Notes: generated by a model from the letters alone, not told the origin. Shown: positions 1 through 12,229, numbered from the stretch's first letter. The stretch is DNA of 64,000 nt from Chiloscyllium plagiosum (GCF_004010195.1 NC_057758.1:5216972-5280971); one strand, 5' to 3'. Made by a program: numbers and translations.

Positions 1-179
1 ACCAGGCTGCAGGCATCTGTTTCTATGACTTGTGCATTTGTACTTTCTGGAAACGTTATCACGAAGAAAGAGGACCACACCATAGCCTGACAGAATCCTA
101 TGATTAGAAAAGCCAATATAGTGTACCTAAACATTCTTCCCATTTTCCAGTGGTATTGAAGCACCGAGAGACTCAGCAT
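1..179 (-). pseudogene. env: N-terminus of retroviral env (signal peptide and start of SU); continues outside the window
   Basis: Open frame from ATG 179/143 to the window edge: MGRMFRYTILAFLIIGFCQAMVWSSFFVITFPESTNAQVIETDACSL. Hydrophobic leader plus DAC motif, directly after the integrase end. Confidence 0.7.
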
Positions 180-262
180 GCAACACGACAGAAACTATCC
201 TGCGCTCGTGCCACTACTGTATAATCAGTTATTTGAAGTCTTTTTAGCTTAAGGTTAAGCAG

Positions 263-3200
263 TTATTTTGTCAATTCGGTTGTCCAGACTTCTCTCCCAA
301 CTGGAGATTCCACTGGCCCTTTAATCCGAGTGTAGTGAGTCCAGCCTTTCTCTGCCATTCTTATCGCCGTTTCAGTGTTTAAGAGTGCTTGGTACGGGAC
401 CTCCCAGTCTAGTTGCAATTTGGTCTCAGTCCATGATTTGACTGGGACCCAATCCCCCGGTTGGATCGGATGGACGGTGAACTCAAGGGTTGGAGTCTGT
501 GCTAACAAACTCTGTTCCCTGAGGAAAGACAAAGAGGAGGACAAGCCCAGTGTATACTTCTTTAAGAAGATGTCTTTGATAGCCAGGATTGGCAGTTCAC
601 CTTTCGTTCCCAGATCTGCAGACCAGAAAATATCTCATAAGGGGACAGCCCCATTTCTTTCCTTGGGGCCGTTCGCACTCGCGAAAGGGTTATAGGTAAA
701 CACTTAGTCCAAGCGAGTCTGTTTTCTCCTACTAATTTAGATAACTGCTTCTTGAATGTCTGGTTCGTTCTCTCAACCTTTCCTGATGAAGTTGGGTGCC
801 AAGGGGTGTGGAAATCCCAGGAGATTCTTCACCCGTTCATCACTCGCTGGAGTACTCTGGAAGTAAAATTTGTTCCCTGAACTGAATCCATGCATTCCAT
901 TATCCCGTATCTGGGGATTATGCGTTCAAGTATTATCTTGGACACCACACTTGTGGTGGCAGTGACTAACGGGGGTACGCCTCCACCACTCCAGATAGGT
1001 GATCAACGATTACCAACATACACCACAGTCTTCCCACTCCGCGTAATTCGGTATAATCTACCTGAATTCTCTGAAATGGTTTTAGCCCAGGTTTGTCCCT
1101 CCTGTGACTTGTTTCTTTAATACCTTTTTGGCTTTTTTTTTACGTTATGCATCCCTCACATATCTGTTTGGTTAATGTATATAGCCTTTTGCATCCATGT
1201 TTCCTTCAGACTAAATCACACATTGATTGCATTCCCCAGTGACTCCCCTGATGTACGACCGCCATAGTCTCTCGCATCATCATTTCATTCAACATTTCCC
1301 TCCCATCGGGTAACATCCAGCGACCAAAGGCTGCCTTTGAATCTCCTAAACGTCTTAGTTTCTTTTCCTGCTTGGCACTAAACAATGGGGCACCCTGAAG
1401 ATCTGGAATTGCAGGTATTATGGAGTATATCAATGCTCTCTGTGGACTCAGGGCTGCTAATTTAGCTACCTCATCGGCCAGTTTATTTCTCCTTACTTCC
1501 GGTTCATTCCCCTTCTGATGTCCGTTTATATGAACTGCCATTATTTCTGTCTGTTGTAACAGAGATTCCAGCACTTGGTTGATCAATTCCTCATGTGCTA
1601 GTTCTTTTCTTCTGCTGTTTATTAGTCGTCGTTCTTGCCAAAATTTTCCGAAGGTGTGTACCACTCCAAATGCACATTTGGAGTCTGTGTACACCGTTTC
1701 CTTCCTTGTCTTCTTGGGCTCTGAGAGCTCTTTCTCGGGCATAAAGTTCACAAGTTTGGGCTGAGCAGCCGATAGGCAGTCTTTCAGCCTCGAAAACGCT
1801 TCCCTCTATACCGTCTACTACAGCATATCCAGTGTGCCTTTTACCCTCAATCACCCGCTCGGACCCGTCGGTAAACAGCCGAACTGCAACGGTACATCAC
1901 TTACGTCCATCGCACTTTAGTCTGCTATTCAATAATATCAAGGCAGTCGTGTTCTAGATTGCCACGAGCCACCCTCTCTCCCGGCAAAAGAAATGCAGCT
2001 GGATTGAAGCAACTCTCTGTGACTAACGCAAGGTCATTCTGCTCTATTAAGATTGTCTCATATTTAAAGTCCCTAGAGTCTGTGAGCCATTGTCTTGCTT
2101 TCTGATTTAATATGCTCCATACCTGATGTGGGGTGCAAACTATTAAGGCTCTCCCATACCAATAAGGCTGTTACTGCCATTTGTCTGCACACACAAACCG
2201 TCCACCTGCTTGAGAGTCGGTTTAATAATTTAGGCAAGTAGGCGACCGGCTGCTTCTTCTCTCCCACCCCTGGCCCCCATTGCTGGGTTCGGACCCATAG
2301 AGCAACTCCCCGTCTACTGTGACACACAAATGGAAGGGCTTGTCTAGAGAAGGTAATGCAAGAACAGGGGCATGGATTACGTTCCTCTTAAGTTCTTCAA
2401 CAACTTCCCTCTCTTCACCTGTCCAATTCCATAATTTAGGCTCTTCCTCCAATAGTTTCAAATATAACTTATTTTTCTTCTGTACATATGAGTCTATCCA
2501 AAATCAGCAGTACCCTGCTTATCCCAGGGATTTTCGTAATTCCTTATGGTTTTAGGGACTGGCATTCCCACAATTCCCTCAATTCTTTCTGGGCTTAGTT
2601 TTCGTTTTCCTTCACTGATAATAAGTCCTACATATCCGACTTTCTTCTCATCGTACTGCAATTTATTCTTGGAGACCCTCAATCCTTGTAATCGTAGAAA
2701 GTATAGTAATTCGTTTGTGGCTTCTATTGTTTTGTCCCTTTTCTCGCCTGTTAGCAGAAGATCATTTACATATTCTAACAGAGTAGTTCTTTTGGGGCTA
2801 TTGAACTTCCCCAAGACTTGTTCCAACACCTGACCAAAGAGATTCTGGGATTCAGTAAATCCCTGCGGGAGTACCGTTCATGTTGAATGCTGTTTTCGCC
2901 CTGTTTTTGGAACTTCCAACCCGAAGGCAAACATATTCCTACTCCCCTCCACCAGGGGACATGCCCAGAAGGTATCCTTCAGATCCACTATACTGAATCA
3001 TTTATCTTCATGGGGAATCTTACTCAGTAGTGTATAGGGATTAGGGACCATAAGGTTGCGGGCTTGTACTATTTTATTCAATGCCTTTAGGTCTTGTACC
3101 AGACTATAACTTCTGTCCGAATATCTTTACTGGCAGTATAGGGGTATTGGAAGGGGATGTGCAGGGCTGTAGTAATCCATCTTTAATCAATCCCTCACTT

Positions 3201-3732
3201 ACTGTCCGCAGTCCCCTGCGTCCCTCTATTGAAATAGGATTTTGTCTTTTGCAAACCACGTCTCTCACTCTCTTTAAACTGATCTCCAAAGGAGGTAATT
3301 GTAATCCTCCGCGATCCCTTCCCGTGCCCACACTCTGGGTTCCATTTCCTTCTATGCTTCCTCAGTCAGGATGGCAATTCGTATCAGTCATCTTTGGCCC
3401 CATACTCCAATCTCCAGTCACAGGGGTATGATTAAAACCCTCCACAATAAATTACTTCCGATATCAGGAATATATAACAGTTAACTTTCGACTATCTCTT
3501 CCCAACTTCCGTTTACCATAGGTTCAAAAACTGGAACTGTAAATCCCTCCTCTTTTACTCCAGAAACAGTTAACATTCATTGCGAGATTTCCACTCCCTT
3601 GGATTTAAAACTTAAGGATGATCTTGCTGCCCCCGTATCGAGTAGGAAAACTACGCCCTCTTTGTAAGGTCCCACTTTTAAATTTATCAAGGGTTCCTGG
3701 TGGGTCACCGGGGGCAGGAACCCCTGACACCC
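263..3732 (-). pseudogene. pol: ERV pro-pol (protease, RT, RNase H, integrase), fragmented
   Basis: DTG at 3631-3639; YVND (degenerate YVDD) at 2761-2772; ORF fragments 3104-3331, 2494-2829, 2222-2461, 1591-1854, 1206-1751 and 263-544 carry consecutive Pol motifs. Confidence 0.93.
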
Positions 3733-5399
3733 CTATTCTTCATCAAGGCTCATAAACGTTACTACCTTTGCTTCCTTTTTCAGATCTGGACATTGTTTTT
3801 TAAAATGATCTGTCTCTCCACAGTAATAACTTCCCGCCTGTGGGGATTTCGACTTTGATCCTTGTTCCTGTCCACCAGACCCATTAACATCTCTCCCGAT
3901 CTCTTCTCCTCCCGTTAATTTCAACATTCTATCCGCCACATTCCGGTTTCCTTCTCCTTTTAGTTTTGTCCTTCGCTTTATTACCTCATCAACCGTGGCT
4001 GTCATTATTTTTGCCTTTTGTTTCTGTTTCTCATGTTACGGTGCCAGGTCGCTTGTTTAGCCGATTTAACCAATTGAACAGCGTTCGGGCCACCTAATGG
4101 CCATTCTTCATCACCCAATGTTTTGTTTGGAACTCGATTTTTATTCAAGAAATATTGCAATATTTCCTATTTCCTGTAACATCAAATACGGATTCATCAG
4201 TTTATGCTTGTCTAACTTTAAATCCTGTACCTGACTATATATTTTGGAATTTTATGTGCAAATATATATTTATGTATTATAAATTCATTTATTCAGTATT
4301 TAATGTTGAATATGTAGCATTCGTACAGTTCTCAACTTCGAAATCCACTATATTTATCCAGTTTTAGCTCCTTAATCGAAAGCCAAAATTAGTTTTCTTA
4401 AGTAGCCCAGAAAGTCATTGCTCAATTACAATGCTATAGGTGGTGAAATAACCGGAGCTGCCTTAAAACGATTTGCCTATTCAAGTTAAAAAACACTTCC
4501 ATGCATGAATAATGGTCGAATCCAAGGTCACATATATTAACCATAGCATTTTGTTATGATTTATTACAATCTCATGTTGAACTGAAACCTCAACTGTCCT
4601 CTATAAATCGCTTTTGTGTAAGGATAAAAGAGATTAGTTAGAAATTGATAGTAAGGAAGTCATGACCTGTAAAAATAACAGCAGTTAACATTTTATTTCA
4701 TAATCACTGTAAAAATCCTTAACTTTAAAATAAATCATGTTAAATTTACACAATAGTAATCAGATTCAAAACAGTCCCAGATCTCGAGCTCCAGGGAACA
4801 AAGCAACAACATTGAATCACCAACAAACAAATGTGCATTCTAACCGAATCACAAAGGGTTAAACTTTCCATTAGCTGTGTAACTCTTTTCTTTCTCTCTC
4901 TCTCACACACACACACACCGTATCTCACGGACACTTTCTGAACTTGCCGCAACAACACCTCTAGAGGCTTCTCTCTCCACCCCTCTATCTTTTGAATCTT
5001 TTTCTGGTTGTCTGGCCATGATTTAGTTACGAATTGCACCCTCAGTAGCCCTTCAGCTACGAAACTTCCGACAGGAAGCATAATCTGATTTCTCCTGACT
5101 GTAACGCTGTTTTCCGTTGACATTTAAATTCAAATATTTTCAAACACAGTCTTCATCCGATCCGTACTTTGGCCAGAAGACGGCGGGACAAACAATCGAT
5201 TCCTTAGTCCATAGAAAGCATCAATAGTAATCATCTTTTTCCTGTCTTTTCACCTTCTACAAGTATTATTTTTCCAATTCCACAACATCCTGCCCAACGG
5301 AATATCTGGAGATATGTTCTCAGGGACCCCGCCTCCATTTCCATTTCCATTTCCTTTTTTACTTTCCGGTAAGCTTTTTCCTTCCACTCGGCACACCAT
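3733..5399 (-). pseudogene. gag: ERV gag, internally deleted and interrupted by an insertion
   Basis: MA-like PENISPDIPLGRMLWNWK (about 5270-5330) jumps to the CA C-terminus (4925-5070), then KQKQKAK and the NC knuckle. Ends in TAG at 3733-3735 followed by GGGTGTCAGGGG. Confidence 0.88.
4034..4922. mobile_element. AT-rich solo-LTR-like (or TIR) insertion inside ERV gag
   Basis: Begins TGTTACGGTG and ends CACCGTA (inverted termini); TCTCA on both flanks; splits the gag frame between ...QKVSVR and EKQKQKAK. Confidence 0.75.
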
Positions 5400-5689
5400 A
5401 TTGAGTTCCTTCGTTAGACATTTATTAACTACTAGAACAAAATCCCAGCCTCCAACGCAATACTTAAAAGTCAATTTTCCATTCCTTGGTCTGTGCACGG
5501 AGTTGCCTGGCTCGATGTCACCCTGTGCGTTCTTGCAACCTTTCGCCTGATTGAGATAGACTCTCATCGGATCTCGATCAGTCAACCAGAAGATGGAACA
5601 CAACACCGAGGAACACGGGACAATTCGAAATGGAAAGGGATGCGTCTTCCCAGCCGTCGACAGTGCCTACCCGGCTGGTGATGATGGAC

Positions 5690-5707
5690 ACCCCGAACGA
5701 AGGCCCA
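5690..5707 (-). promoter_or_regulatory. Degenerate primer-binding site, most like tRNA-Pro
   Basis: Minus-strand TGGGCCTTCGTTCGGG, 3 nt after the LTR end ...CTCACA; 12/16 match to the tRNA-Pro PBS TGGGGGCTCGTCCGGG. Confidence 0.6.
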
Positions 5708-5710
5708 AAA

Positions 5711-6601
5711 TGTGAGAAACAGAGCTCACAATATAATAAATATTGAAACGTTCTTGCAAGATGGGTGTCTAATAAATAGGCACTCCGATCCAAAAATTAC
5801 TTCACAATTTATACATTTTAATTGAGTCTCTCTCAGTACTTCCCCGTTAATCTCATTGGCCTTCAATATTCCTTGTTGTGTTCTGCCCCGCCGAGCTGCG
5901 CTCCGCCTTTGTTTACTTCTCCCCTACTCCAGAACGGACGGCCCTTCCTCTTACTTACCCTGTAACTAACTTGGTTCGTTTCAGTGCCTACATGAGAGCA
6001 AAGTGTCAAGTTTGGCATAACACAATGTTCTTTGCACCTTGTTTGTTTGTCTTTCACATATTCCATTCCTTGCAAGCATATTTCATTCTTGTATGCACAT
6101 TTCAGCGAATGAAAAACAATCATGCATTTCCTTCAAAGAGTTTCCATTCTCGTATGCACATTTCAGCTAATGAACAGCAATTATGTATTTCATTCCCATA
6201 GTTTGCTTTCTTGGCTGAAACAATTATACACTGATGTTCGTTCATTTACCTTGCATAAGCAATTATGGGTTGCAGAAGTAACACTGCTTTACCTACATCC
6301 CACAGCATGTCTAACCACAGCCAGGCTCCCACCCTCTCCCTCATTATTGATCAATTACACTTTCAGTCGCAACACACTCCTCGCTTGTCATTGGCCAATC
6401 CCCATTGCTTTTCCGCATTTGACAGTTCCACATTTGCCTCGACATTCTACAATCCCTCATTGGCTGTCTTGCTTTCCATAAAGGTTTCAAAGAAGCGGGA
6501 AGCCGATCGTTCAAAGATTCTTGCTTTCCCATTCGCGCATTCTAGTCAGTCAGATCAATCTTCGCCCAATTCAGGCTATTTCTGGAAAATCTATCCCCAC
6601 A
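5711..6601 (-). repeat. ERV 5' LTR (~890 bp)
   Basis: Minus-strand termini TGTGGG...CTCACA; CCAAT near 5857 and TATAAA near 5810; internal ~60-bp duplication at about 6065-6190; PBS follows. Confidence 0.75.
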
Positions 6602-7270
6602 ATTGAGTAAGCAACAGGAGCTGGGACTGCCATCACCCCTCCCCCATCATCCACAAGGGAATGAGCAACAGGAGATGGGTTTGCCCTCTCCCCATTCCTA
6701 TCATCAACAAGTGAGTGGGCAATAGGAGATGGGTCTGCCCTCTCCCCATTCCTATCATCAACAAGTGAGTGAGTAACAGGAGATGGGTCTGCCCTCTCCC
6801 CATTCCCATCCTCCACAAGTGAGTGAGCAACAGGAGCTGGGACTGCCCTCTTCCCTGCCACATCATCCACAACGTAGTGAGCAACAGGAGATGGGTCTGC
6901 CCTAACCCCGCCGTCATCATCCACAAAGGAGTGAGAAACAGTAGCTGGGACAGCCCTCTCCCCTCCGCCAGCATCCACAAGGGAGTGAGCAAATTGATCT
7001 GGGACTGCCTTCTCCAATCCCCCTCCTCCACATGGGAGTGATCAACAGGAGCTTGGTCTGACATCTCCCCAATCCCATCATCCACAAGGGAGTGAGCAAT
7101 AGGAGCTGGGCCTGCCCTCTCCCCATTCCCATCATCCACCATGGAGTGAGCAACAGGTTCTGGGACTGCTCTCTCACCTCCTCCATCATCCACAAGGGAG
7201 TGTGCAACAGGAGCTGGGATTGATCTCTCCCTCCCCACCCCGCCGATCATCCACGAGGGAGTGAGGAATT
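6602..7270. repeat. 54-bp minisatellite, about 12 copies
   Basis: Unit core (caacagg or variant) recurs at 6612, 6666, 6720, 6774, 6828, 6882, 6936, 6990, 7043, 7097, 7151 and 7205. Confidence 0.95.
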
Positions 7271-7582
7271 ACTGTTTGGGTTTCAAGTCTGGTGCATGTG
7301 TATGTGCGTGTCAGCGGAGAGAGGGATGGAAGGGCCAGTCAGTGGCAGTCCTCAATCAACTGTTGTGCTGCTTTCTCCCTCAACAGTTAACTGCCTCCCA
7401 CACTCATCCGGCCCATCATGCATTCATCGGGACCGTTTGAAAGAATACCAATTTATGAAGCAAACCGACAGGTATTCTGCAGGAAAAGCAAGTTCCAATG
7501 GTCATAGGGCAGACACAGAGACGCAAAGTCGGCAGCACTTCAAGTAGCTGATTGACACACCATGACATTTCAGGGACAAAGA

Positions 7583-8229
7583 TAAAAATCACACAGCACC
7601 ACGTTATAGTCCATCAGGTTTATTGGAAAGTACGAGCTTTCAGAGTGCAGTCCTTCAGGTAACTAGTGCAGCAGGGTCATAAGACACTGAACTTATAGTA
7701 AATGATCGCAGTGGTATGCAATTGAAATCATATATTAAACAAATCTAGATTGCTATTAAGTATTTCATCTTTTAGAATTTATTGCAGGTTTAGCTTCATT
7801 AATATGCAGTCCCAGAACTTCTTTTAAGTCACATTCTCGAAATAACTGAAGGTTTTATGAAACAAAGCGACATCTCAGCTCAAACAACGTATTAAAGGTG
7901 TGAGGTTAAAGTCTGTCTGTATCCCAATCTTGAGTCAGACTGGTTCAATTTCCAAAGCAGGAATTTATAAAATGTGATAGGGATTGACTTTCTGGGCTGT
8001 GTGGTTTTTGAGCAAAAATAGAATGTGTTTGAAAATGCAAATTCACCAGGTAGACATATATATGTGTATGTGCCTGTATGGAAGAGTGTTTGAGTGTGTG
8101 TTTGTGTGTGTGCATGCTTGGTAGAATGTGCTCATGAGTTGATAAAGTTTAAATCTGTTCGACTACAACCTGGTGTTGTGTGATTTTTAACTTTGCCCAC
8201 CCCAGTCCAACACCAGCTCCTCTACATCA
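7583..8229. mobile_element. Penelope-like element terminal fragments in inverted arrangement
   Basis: AAAATCACACAGCACC...TTATAGTCCA at the left and its reverse complement at the right; same family as 19293-20977. Absent from paralog B. Confidence 0.8.
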
Positions 8230-8551
8230 TTTTCTGGGATAATTAGAGATGGGCATCTACTTTTGGCCTCGCCAGTAACACTCCCGTTCAAACATTTTCC
8301 AAAATGTTCAGACATGCTCCCTGTGTTAAAAATAAACAACTGAATCACACTGTCTCCGTTGTAATTTGAATATGTGCGTTATCTGCTCATGACTTCCTGA
8401 ACCAGCCTGACTTCTGCGGCCTCCCTATGTGTGGGGATTCTCACTGACTAACCCTGCTCACCTTTTGTCCCCATGGAACAAGAATCCTGCAATCTTTGTC
8501 AGGAGAGTTAATGTTTAAACATACTTTCAAACAGCTCGTGAGTTACGCCAG

Positions 8552-8865
8552 GCCGGGACCGTGGCTAGCGTTGCTGCCTCACATCGCCATGGACCTGGGT
8601 TCGATTCCAGCCTTAGGCGAAAGTGTGGAGTTTGGTCATTTTTCCCATGATTGCGTGGGTTCCTTCCTGGTGCTCCGGTTTTCTCTCACAATCCAAAGAT
8701 GTGAGCTTAGGTGAATTGGACATGGTAAATTGCCCCGTGATCATGGATGTGTAGGTGAGGTATATCAAGGGTAAATATAGGGTAAGGGAATGGCTCTGGG
8801 TGGGTTACACTTCCGCGGATCGGTGTGGACTTGGTGGACCGAAGGGCCTGAAGGAATTCTATTCT
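8552..8865 (+). mobile_element. tRNA-derived SINE (HE1-like)
   Basis: B box GGTTCGATTCC, shark SINE core, CR1-like tail GGACCGAAGGGCCTG..ATTCT. Confidence 0.8.
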
Positions 8866-9899
8866 ATCTGAAAGACGCACAGTACCACAGGTCACACTAT
8901 TTAACAAAAATGAACTTTATTATGTGAATGAAAAGTAAAACGAAGAAGCATACTAACATAGAACAATGTTTGCTTAAAACAATTTCTGCAATGTTTGGAA
9001 TTTGTTTTACTTTTATAGCCCAGGATGATTATCTCATGAAGCCTTGAAGATCTTCATTGGTGACATTGTTCCAATGCATTTTATATGTAAGGGGCTGCTT
9101 TGATTTTTTTTCCCTGATCCCCAGTCAGAATAAACACTATTTAATTCTCAGTCAACAGCTTCCTCAATTTGGCTTTTCAGTTTCCTTGCCAACACTTTGT
9201 TTCTTCCACAACATGCTGAGGTTTAATTTGCTCTTTTCTGAACTGGTAACTGACTGTTTTAGTCTGTATTAATTCAGTAGTGGCGGGCACATTTAATGTT
9301 TGATGTCATTTAATGCCTAGTTGCTGATGCCTTTGTCTACTCTATTGAAAATTTTTGCATTGAGATTTTGTCGGTAGTTTCTCCAGCTTCTGCACTGTCC
9401 AATACTTCAATTTATGAATTTCAAATCAGTTCCATGCTGGGCTGGAGTCCAAATGTAGAGGACTTCTCACTCACAGGCATTACTTCAGAACTGTGACTCT
9501 CCATTCAAGGTTGCGAAAACAGTAAAGTGCCCACAAAATCATTTCCCTGTGTTGAATTCACATGATTAGTAAGTAACGAGCAAACAAAACAATAATAAGA
9601 GACTGTACTCCCAAAGTGAAATGTCAATTCACTCTGAACAACGGACAATAAGTCATAGGTGCAGAAGTAGACCATTCAGCGCATCAAGTCTGGTCAGCTA
9701 TTCAATCAGGTCACCACAATTGATCTGATAACCCTCAACTCCAATGACTTGCCTTTTCTCTTAAAACGTTGATTTCCTTCCTGATTAAAACCGGTCCATC
9801 TCAGCTTTCAGTACACTTAATACGCCAGCCTCAATAGTACTCGTTGATAACAAGAAAGTATCTCGTTCATACACAAACGACCAAATATTATGAGATTAC

Positions 9900-10765
9900 G
9901 CACTGTGGTGCTCGACTGGGGGCCTGTGACAAGTGGAGTGCCACAAAGATCGGTGCAGCGTCTAGTAGTTTTCGTCATTTATATAAAGGATTTAGATGTG
10001 AACATAAGGAGTATAGTTAGTAAGGACAAGGGACTAGTTAGTAAGACTTATTCACTTAATGGAAAGGTCCTAAGGAGTGTTGCTGAACAAGGAAAACGTA
10101 GAGTGCAGTTTCATAGCACTTCGAAGGTGGAGTCGCAGGTAGATAGATAGTGGTATGCTTTTCTTTATTGGATAGAGTATTGAGTACAGGAATTGAGAGG
10201 TCATGTTGCGCTGTACAGGACATTGGTGTGGCTTCTGTTCGAAAATTGCAATTCTGGTCTCCTTCCTATCCGAAAGATATTGTGAAACTTGAAAGGGTTC
10301 AGAAAAGATTTACAAGGATATTGCCAGGTTTGGACGACTTGAGGTATAGGGAGAAGCTGAACAGTCTGGGCCTGTATTCCCTGGAGCGTCAGAGGCTGAC
10401 GGGTGACCTTACAGACATTTCCAAAATGATGAGGGGCATATATAGGAAAAATAGACCAAGTATTTTTCCATGGGGTGGGGGAGTCCAAAACTAAAGGGCA
10501 TAGGTTTAGGTTGAGAGAGAAAAGATATAAAAGAGACCTAAGAAGCAACTTTTTCATACAGAGTGTTGTACTTGTATGGAATGAGCTGTCAGAGGAAGGG
10601 GTGGAGGCTGGTACGATTACAACATTTAAAAGGCAGTTGGATAGGTATATAAATAGGAAGAGTTTGGAGAGATGTGGTTCTGGTGCTGGCAGGTGGGACT
10701 AGTTTGGGATGGGATATCTGGTTGGCATGGATGGGTTGGACATTTCTATGACTGTATGACTCTAT
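9900..10765 (+). mobile_element. CR1 LINE 3' fragment
   Basis: VTSGVPQ.S, QFWSP.Y.KDIVKLERVQKRFTR and VWNEL motifs; ATGACT-type tail. Confidence 0.92.
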
Positions 10766-12229
10766 CACTCAAACTGACTTTAATTTAATGCCTCATCATA
10801 TGTCAGCTCTCGCCTGGAAATCCCTCCTTTGAATTGTGAACATGAAGACAGGAAGCCATTCTGTAAGCCAGAATGTGCCAGGCTGAGTGAGGAAAAATGT
10901 CATCAGCAAAAGTAGAAATTGCTGGAAAAGCTCAGCGGGTCTGGCATCATCAGTGGAGAGAAATCACAATTTAAAGTTTCAAGTCGAGGGACTCTTCCTC
11001 AGAACATTAATCGATGTCACTGTCTTTTACAGAGCAGGATACCTCACTTTCCAGAAAATGTCCCCTTCCCTAGATTCACTTCCCGAACGTGCAATCCTTG
11101 AAAGTCATCAATTTAACCCCGAATGAGAAAAGAACAGAAAAACAATAAAATGCTCCCAGATGATTTCCCACAGGAGTATGGTTCAGTGTGGGTGAGTCTC
11201 CATCTTCATTCAGAGAGAGATGAGGAGCAGCAGCACCTTCTCTGGACACCAATCAGCAGCTTCATTGTCCCAATTCCGCATTCAGACAAGAGGGGAGCGC
11301 TGAGTAGCTGGAGGACCAGCTTTCTTCCAGTCCTCCAGGGTTTCCCATTGGCCAACAGTGAGGCTAGTCACTGGAGGGCTCAAACTCCTCCTGGGAGTGC
11401 GCTATTCTGATTTGTAGCTCAGTCAAAATATTGATTTGTTTGTAAGTAAATCAACTCATCGAGGTTATCCACCCCAGCACATCCACATTATTTTCTTGTA
11501 CAAGTGGGGCCTTGCATCTTGCCAACCCTCTGTATTCAATCGTCCAGATCAATGAATTCAGGAACAGTTTCATATAAAGCTGAAGGGTGCCAAGATGTGG
11601 AAACAAGTGTTTCTTTTGATTGAAACATTTGTCTGAAGTTAATCTGGGATATAGCATTGAGGGACAGCTTTTAATCAAATGGGGAGGAGAGTTTCTGCAC
11701 TTTGCATCTATTGTACTGGCTCATGTACACACCAAAGATAATTCACAGTCCTTTTTGGAACGCCTATATGTCCCTAGGTTTGTCGCTCAAACAGATCACT
11801 GGTTCACAACTCAGAACTCATTCAAGCAGCTCTCACATGCTGGATTTCAACTTTCCCTGGAGTTGGCCAATACAAGATTAAACGATTGTGCAATTAGGAA
11901 AAAAGCTCCATCTCCTTTTCTCTCCCATTTCACCTACATACGACTGTAGGAACATGAAATTAAGGAGGATGAATGAGCACTTCAACCTCTCCAGCCTGCT
12001 CCTCCACTTGACCATGGTTGATCTCATCTCGACCTTAACACCACTTTTTTGCCTATAAACTTCAAACAGTTACAAATTAGAAATCTGTCTGTATCCTCCT
12101 TTCAACTTATTAAATATCCTGTCATCCACCACACTGTGGGAAATGAATTCCAGCCTTTTGAGAACACTCGAGAGAATAATTACTCTTCATCCTTCTTTTA
12201 AATCTGATACCCATTATTCTCATTTTTTA

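Larger units (their letters stand above)
1..6601 (-). mobile_element. Decayed class I (gamma-like, HERV-I/HERV-IP-related) endogenous retrovirus; 3' part lies outside the window
   Basis: Minus-strand order LTR-PBS-gag-pro-RT-RNaseH-IN-env. Motifs: gag FVTKSWPD..KKIQK..EKPLE.LLR..QKV.VR; zinc knuckle remnant YCGETDHFKKQC; protease FLLDTGA; RT LPQGF and LLEYVNDLLL; RNase H YTDSK; IN C-terminus PGDWV.VK..W..PYQ.LL.T. Many stops and frameshifts. Confidence 0.95.
7200..11370 (+). other. Ancient paralogous unit A (homologous to 38175-42140; partial inverted copy at about 62570-64000)
   Basis: Collinear matches: 7415-7490/38431-38520, 8242-8540/38582-38875, 8875-9050/38886-39060, 9290-9840/39529-40040, 10860-11370/41625-42140. 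Confidence 0.88.

Noticed and set aside
6571..7250. 148- and 205-aa repeat ORFs as a real protein, or the array as CRISPR
   Set aside because: Open frames are expected from a stop-free 54-bp unit; there is a frameshift, no unique spacers and no cas genes.
8552..8620. tRNA gene
   Set aside because: tRNA-like boxes are the head of a SINE; no complete cloverleaf seen.
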